This document shows, piece by piece, positions 26,200-29,000 of a stretch of 29,000 nucleotides of DNA. Position 1 is the first letter of the stretch. Each line of letters opens with the position of its first letter. The notes beneath the pieces are model-generated. The model ran no database searches, was not told where the DNA came from, and saw only the letters and a program-made list of their open reading frames with translations. The position numbers and the translations under genes are program-made. The stretch is from a virus. Its lineage: Duplodnaviria; Caudoviricetes. The DNA is taken from the IMG/VR virus record IMGVR_UViG_3300037308_000390, positions 1 through 29,000 of that record; one strand, given 5' to 3'.

Positions 26200-27520
26200 A
26201 GATGGATTTGTTTTAGTAACCAAGAAATATAAAAAACAGAAGCCACAATTTCCGCCTAAAAAGGTTATGAAATATAGTGAGCTTGTCTCTTTACTGGATA
26301 TTATCAACGCCACTGAGGATAAGAGCTACATTCAGCATATAGATGACCCTTTCGCCCTAATGTTGTTATTTGGGGTATATGTAAAGGTAGATTTACCGCC
26401 GGGTTTCACACCTTCTGATGCACTTCGGCGCGAGTGGACGTGTGAAGAGGTCTGGGACATGATACATAACCCCGAAACCGACTGGAAGCAAATTTTAATG
26501 AGCCTTACCAAGAATGAGCAGTTTTACCTGCAAGAAATCGTGAATTTGCGCAACGTGGAGGGTGTAACTGCCCGCGACATCCTGCGGGAGTTCTCGAAAA
26601 TCCGCGCGATTGACTTGGAAGACGCGTATACGGCTTGGCGCCTGCAACCTGACCCGCAGGCTATGTCGTATGCTATTTTGTCGACTTATACGCTTAAGAA
26701 TCAGGAGAGGAACCCGGGTTTCCAGCGTATCACCCCGGCTGCGGGCCTGCCTGTTCACCTGATGTATCCTGCGGGCCGGCTTGACCAGATTCGGTATCCC
26801 TGCGCGGCTTTCGAGGTTCCTGCGGGTGAGCGCGCCCAACTGCATAAGGACGGCCCTGCGGTGCGAATTTTCGACGACCGGCATAACATCCTGTTTCAGG
26901 GTGAGGCGTCGATTTATTCGGAGCTCCCGCATGATGGCGTGTTTGACGGCTTTTGGGATGATGGGAGTTTCCGCGCGTGGGATGTCATTCAGATTAATGA
27001 TGTTTGGATGTATAACGGCCCGCTGTATCAGCGTTTGCAGTATTTGTGGCGGCTTGGCTGGTTTACCGCCCGCTGGAGCACCTGCCTGAATCCTGCGGCC
27101 TTAGCCCGGATGGATGACCTGTGGGAGGGGCCTGTGGTGGTTAAGAACCTGAATACGGCCTATGACCCTGCGTTGGTGGGTGCGTGGATTGAGTATTCTG
27201 CGGGCCATACTGTCCTCCTGAAGGTGAGCCGGGTCCATCGGGGGGATAAGACTATTTGGACGTTGATGACGGAGGACGGCGTTTCTTTGTTCCAGTTCGG
27301 GGGCCAGCATGTTGGTTTGACGAATAAGGACAGGGTGGTTGAAGTAACCCGCAGCGGCAAGATTGTTAGGCACCGGCCTGACTTGGGCTTTGCGCAGGAG
27401 TGGGATGAGGTGCAGGAGATATTCGAGATTGAGAAGCCGGAAGATTTGGTGCCCGAGGGCTCGGATGATTGGGTGAAAAAGAGCCTGTGGCGTAAGTTGA
27501 GTGTTGAACAGGGGTTTTAG
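26192..27520 (+). CDS. ATP-dependent DNA ligase homologue lacking the catalytic lysine
   Basis: AAFEVPAGERAQLHKDGPAVRIF aligns with ligase motif I (ExKxDGERxQxHKDG). VFDG, AWDVIQ, PLYQR, EGPVVVKNLNTAYDP and WIEY align with motifs III-V. Confidence 0.8.
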   Translation: MFRDGFVLVTKKYKKQKPQFPPKKVMKYSELVSLLDIINATEDKSYIQHIDDPFALMLLFGVYVKVDLPPGFTPSDALRREWTCEEVWDMIHNPETDWKQILMSLTKNEQFYLQEIVNLRNVEGVTARDILREFSKIRAIDLEDAYTAWRLQPDPQAMSYAILSTYTLKNQERNPGFQRITPAAGLPVHLMYPAGRLDQIRYPCAAFEVPAGERAQLHKDGPAVRIFDDRHNILFQGEASIYSELPHDGVFDGFWDDGSFRAWDVIQINDVWMYNGPLYQRLQYLWRLGWFTARWSTCLNPAALARMDDLWEGPVVVKNLNTAYDPALVGAWIEYSAGHTVLLKVSRVHRGDKTIWTLMTEDGVSLFQFGGQHVGLTNKDRVVEVTRSGKIVRHRPDLGFAQEWDEVQEIFEIEKPEDLVPEGSDDWVKKSLWRKLSVEQGF

Positions 27521-27521
27521 T

Positions 27522-27686
27522 ATGAAATGTGACAAGGTAACTGGGGTAGACGACTTAAAAACGAGAATACCTGCCGATGGCAGATGGCATCAGTTTTCGG
27601 TCTGGTTAAAGGTTGAAGACGGTGATTTGTTTATTGCTACCGGCAAACTCAACGCCATTATGGATATACATGGCTCGGTAGGTTAA
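27522..27686 (+). CDS. Small hypothetical protein (54 aa)
   Basis: ATG one base after the ligase-like stop, with a GGGGG RBS-like sequence. The ORF track starts at 27501. Confidence 0.5.
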   Translation: MKCDKVTGVDDLKTRIPADGRWHQFSVWLKVEDGDLFIATGKLNAIMDIHGSVG

Positions 27687-27710
27687 CTTTAACTCTTAGT
27701 TAACTTTAAC
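27682..27710 (+). repeat. 12-bp direct repeat GTTAACTTTAAC x2
   Basis: Exact copies at 27682-27693 and 27699-27710. Confidence 0.8.
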
Positions 27711-27833
27711 CCCAACTATTTTTTGCGTACAGAAAAAACTCGACGCTTCTGGGGGCGGAGAAGGCTCCGTTTCGTCCTAATCTGCCGCTCCTGCCGTCCC
27801 TGGCCCAGGGGCTGGCTGTATGAGCTTTAATCG

Positions 27834-27870
27834 TTTTTTTGCAAAAAAATATAGGGTTAATCAACCCTAT
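27834..27870. terminator. Putative bidirectional terminator region
   Basis: Palindrome T7-GC-A7 (27834-27849) gives an oligo-T run on both strands. It is followed by the hairpin ATAGGGTT-AATC-AACCCTAT (27851-27870), between convergent genes. Confidence 0.55.
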
Positions 27871-28076
27871 CAATTCTCACAACGTCCCAATGACTTATCC
27901 ACGGTCAATCCTTCTACTACGGCGATAATTACGTCCGCTATGAGTTCCTCTAACTCATTGACGTCCTCATAGAGTTGGTTTATGTCTCCAACCATCTCAT
28001 CGTCAGTCATTTTCGTTAATTCTAACAGTCCGGCGCGTAACTCATCACACGCGCCTCTAATAGTGTTTGATTGCAT
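27870..28076 (-). CDS. Small acidic helical hypothetical protein
   Basis: GAGGTGA RBS, 68 aa. Confidence 0.7.
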   Translation of the reverse strand: MQSNTIRGACDELRAGLLELTKMTDDEMVGDINQLYEDVNELEELIADVIIAVVEGLTVDKSLGRCEN

Positions 28077-28105
28077 TTAATCACCTCTAAAATAGAAAAA
28101 GAGGA

Positions 28106-28324
28106 TTAATCCTCTTTTAACCAGATATACACGTCTTGGCCATCTATCTTCTTACGTTCATAGTAAAGGAACGCGTATGAACCCGTACATAACCTTACGG
28201 TCATCCTCCACTCTTGCTTTGAATGTCCAAGGAATTTTGGCTTTACTTGGCGCTCTATAGCTATTATCTCACCGCGTAATTGTCCATAATAACCGAATTG
28301 TCCAGATTTTAGGTAAATAAACAT
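28106..28324 (-). CDS. Small hypothetical protein
   Basis: GGAGTGA RBS with a 5-nt spacer, 72 aa. Confidence 0.7.
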   Translation of the reverse strand: MFIYLKSGQFGYYGQLRGEIIAIERQVKPKFLGHSKQEWRMTVRLCTGSYAFLYYERKKIDGQDVYIWLKED

Positions 28325-28339
28325 TTATCTCACTCCAAT

Positions 28340-28666
28340 TTATCTCACTCCAGTTAAGGAAACAATCTCTCCAGTCAAGTCTTTAGGCGTAAACTCATCA
28401 TTTTCGGGTTTATGTTGATTTTCCGCGTTCTTAAAAACGTTAATCCAGTAAACCGTCTCACAGCGCTCTATCGCGTGCCTAAGACGGAATAACCGTCCTA
28501 ATAGCACATTTAAATGTGTAATCGCTGTTAATTCAATTTCTGGGTTACCACAACGTGACGCGTTACGAACAACACGTTTTTGACGTTGATAACGCCTGTT
28601 AACGTTCTCAAATTCGCGTTCTAAGTCATTTAATGTCTCTAATGTTCCCATTTTCCTCATTTTCAC
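28340..28666 (-). CDS. Hypothetical coiled-coil protein
   Basis: GGAGTTG RBS, 108 aa. Confidence 0.7.
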   Translation of the reverse strand: MKMRKMGTLETLNDLEREFENVNRRYQRQKRVVRNASRCGNPEIELTAITHLNVLLGRLFRLRHAIERCETVYWINVFKNAENQHKPENDEFTPKDLTGEIVSLTGVR

Positions 28667-28847
28667 AACTCCACGTTTTTTTTTAAGATTTTAGGACGTC
28701 TCACCGCGTAGTTTCATAGACGTGTTTTAAACGTTCTTATGGACGTTTAAACCCTAACCCTTACTTTTTATGTCTAACCACGGGTTCTAATGTAAAAAAA
28801 ACCGCGTTACATAACAGTGATAAGGGTTATACTATTCTATGGTCACC

Positions 28848-28864
28848 TTTACTTATAAAGGTTT
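28848..28864 (-). promoter_or_regulatory. Archaeal BRE/TATA-like promoter upstream of the small-gene operon
   Basis: AAACCTTTATAAGTAAA, identical to 19446-19462 and in the same orientation. Confidence 0.6.
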
Positions 28865-28901
28865 GTATGGTTTAAGTGATTTTTAAGTGATAATGTAATA
28901 A

Positions 28902-28997
28902 AGTCAAAGACAGACATAGTCAAAGACAGACATAGTCAAAGACAGACATAGTCAAAGACAGACATAGTCAAAGACAGACATAGTCAAAGACAGACAT
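28902..28997 (+). repeat. Tandem repeat: 6 exact copies of AGTCAAAGACAGACAT (16 bp)
   Basis: Copies start at 28902, 28918, 28934, 28950, 28966 and 28982, with no spacers. Confidence 0.97.
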
Positions 28998-29000
28998 ATT

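Noticed and set aside
26192-27520. Classical pseudogene call for the ligase homologue
   Set aside because: The reading frame is intact over 442 codons and tightly coupled to its neighbours. Only catalytic residues are altered.
26495-27535. Antisense and alternate-frame ORFs over the ligase-like gene (26495-26932, 26781-27089, 27101-27535, 27160-27360)
   Set aside because: Expected by-products of locally high GC. No RBS or recognisable protein features.
27741-27825. Hammerhead ribozyme (AGGACGAAAC on the minus strand) or tRNA
   Set aside because: No CUGANGA core on the same strand, and no cloverleaf or T-loop motif.
28902-28997. CRISPR array
   Set aside because: Units are contiguous 16-mers with no unique spacers, and no cas genes are visible.

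Overview
The window is most of the virion-assembly region of a tailed (Caudoviricetes) virus with a contractile tail. The host is very probably an archaeon and likely a pseudomurein-walled methanogen (Methanobacteriales). The basis is TATA/BRE-type promoters, GGAGTGA/AGGTGA ribosome-binding sites, an archaeal-type ligase homologue, and a transglutaminase-like peptidase domain on the baseplate hub. The minus strand (about 24170 down to <1) carries terminase, portal, an accessory cassette (2-TM protein, GT2 glycosyltransferase, Zn-ribbon, wHTH), protease-scaffold, cement, major capsid, neck, sheath, tube, frameshifted chaperone, tape measure, baseplate and fibre genes. A divergent plus-strand operon (24272-27686) carries YopX, DUF2283 and a GC-rich ATP-dependent DNA ligase homologue that lacks the catalytic lysine. 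A structured convergent intergenic region, three small minus-strand genes and six exact 16-bp tandem repeats end the window. The most notable oddities are the catalytically degenerate, motif-laden ligase gene, the hub fused to a Cys-rich insert and a putative cell-wall peptidase, a sheath-like domain nested in the baseplate wedge, a tape-measure gene without a well-supported in-frame start, and apparent GATC/CTAG avoidance. All family calls come from motif recognition and synteny. No database search was run.
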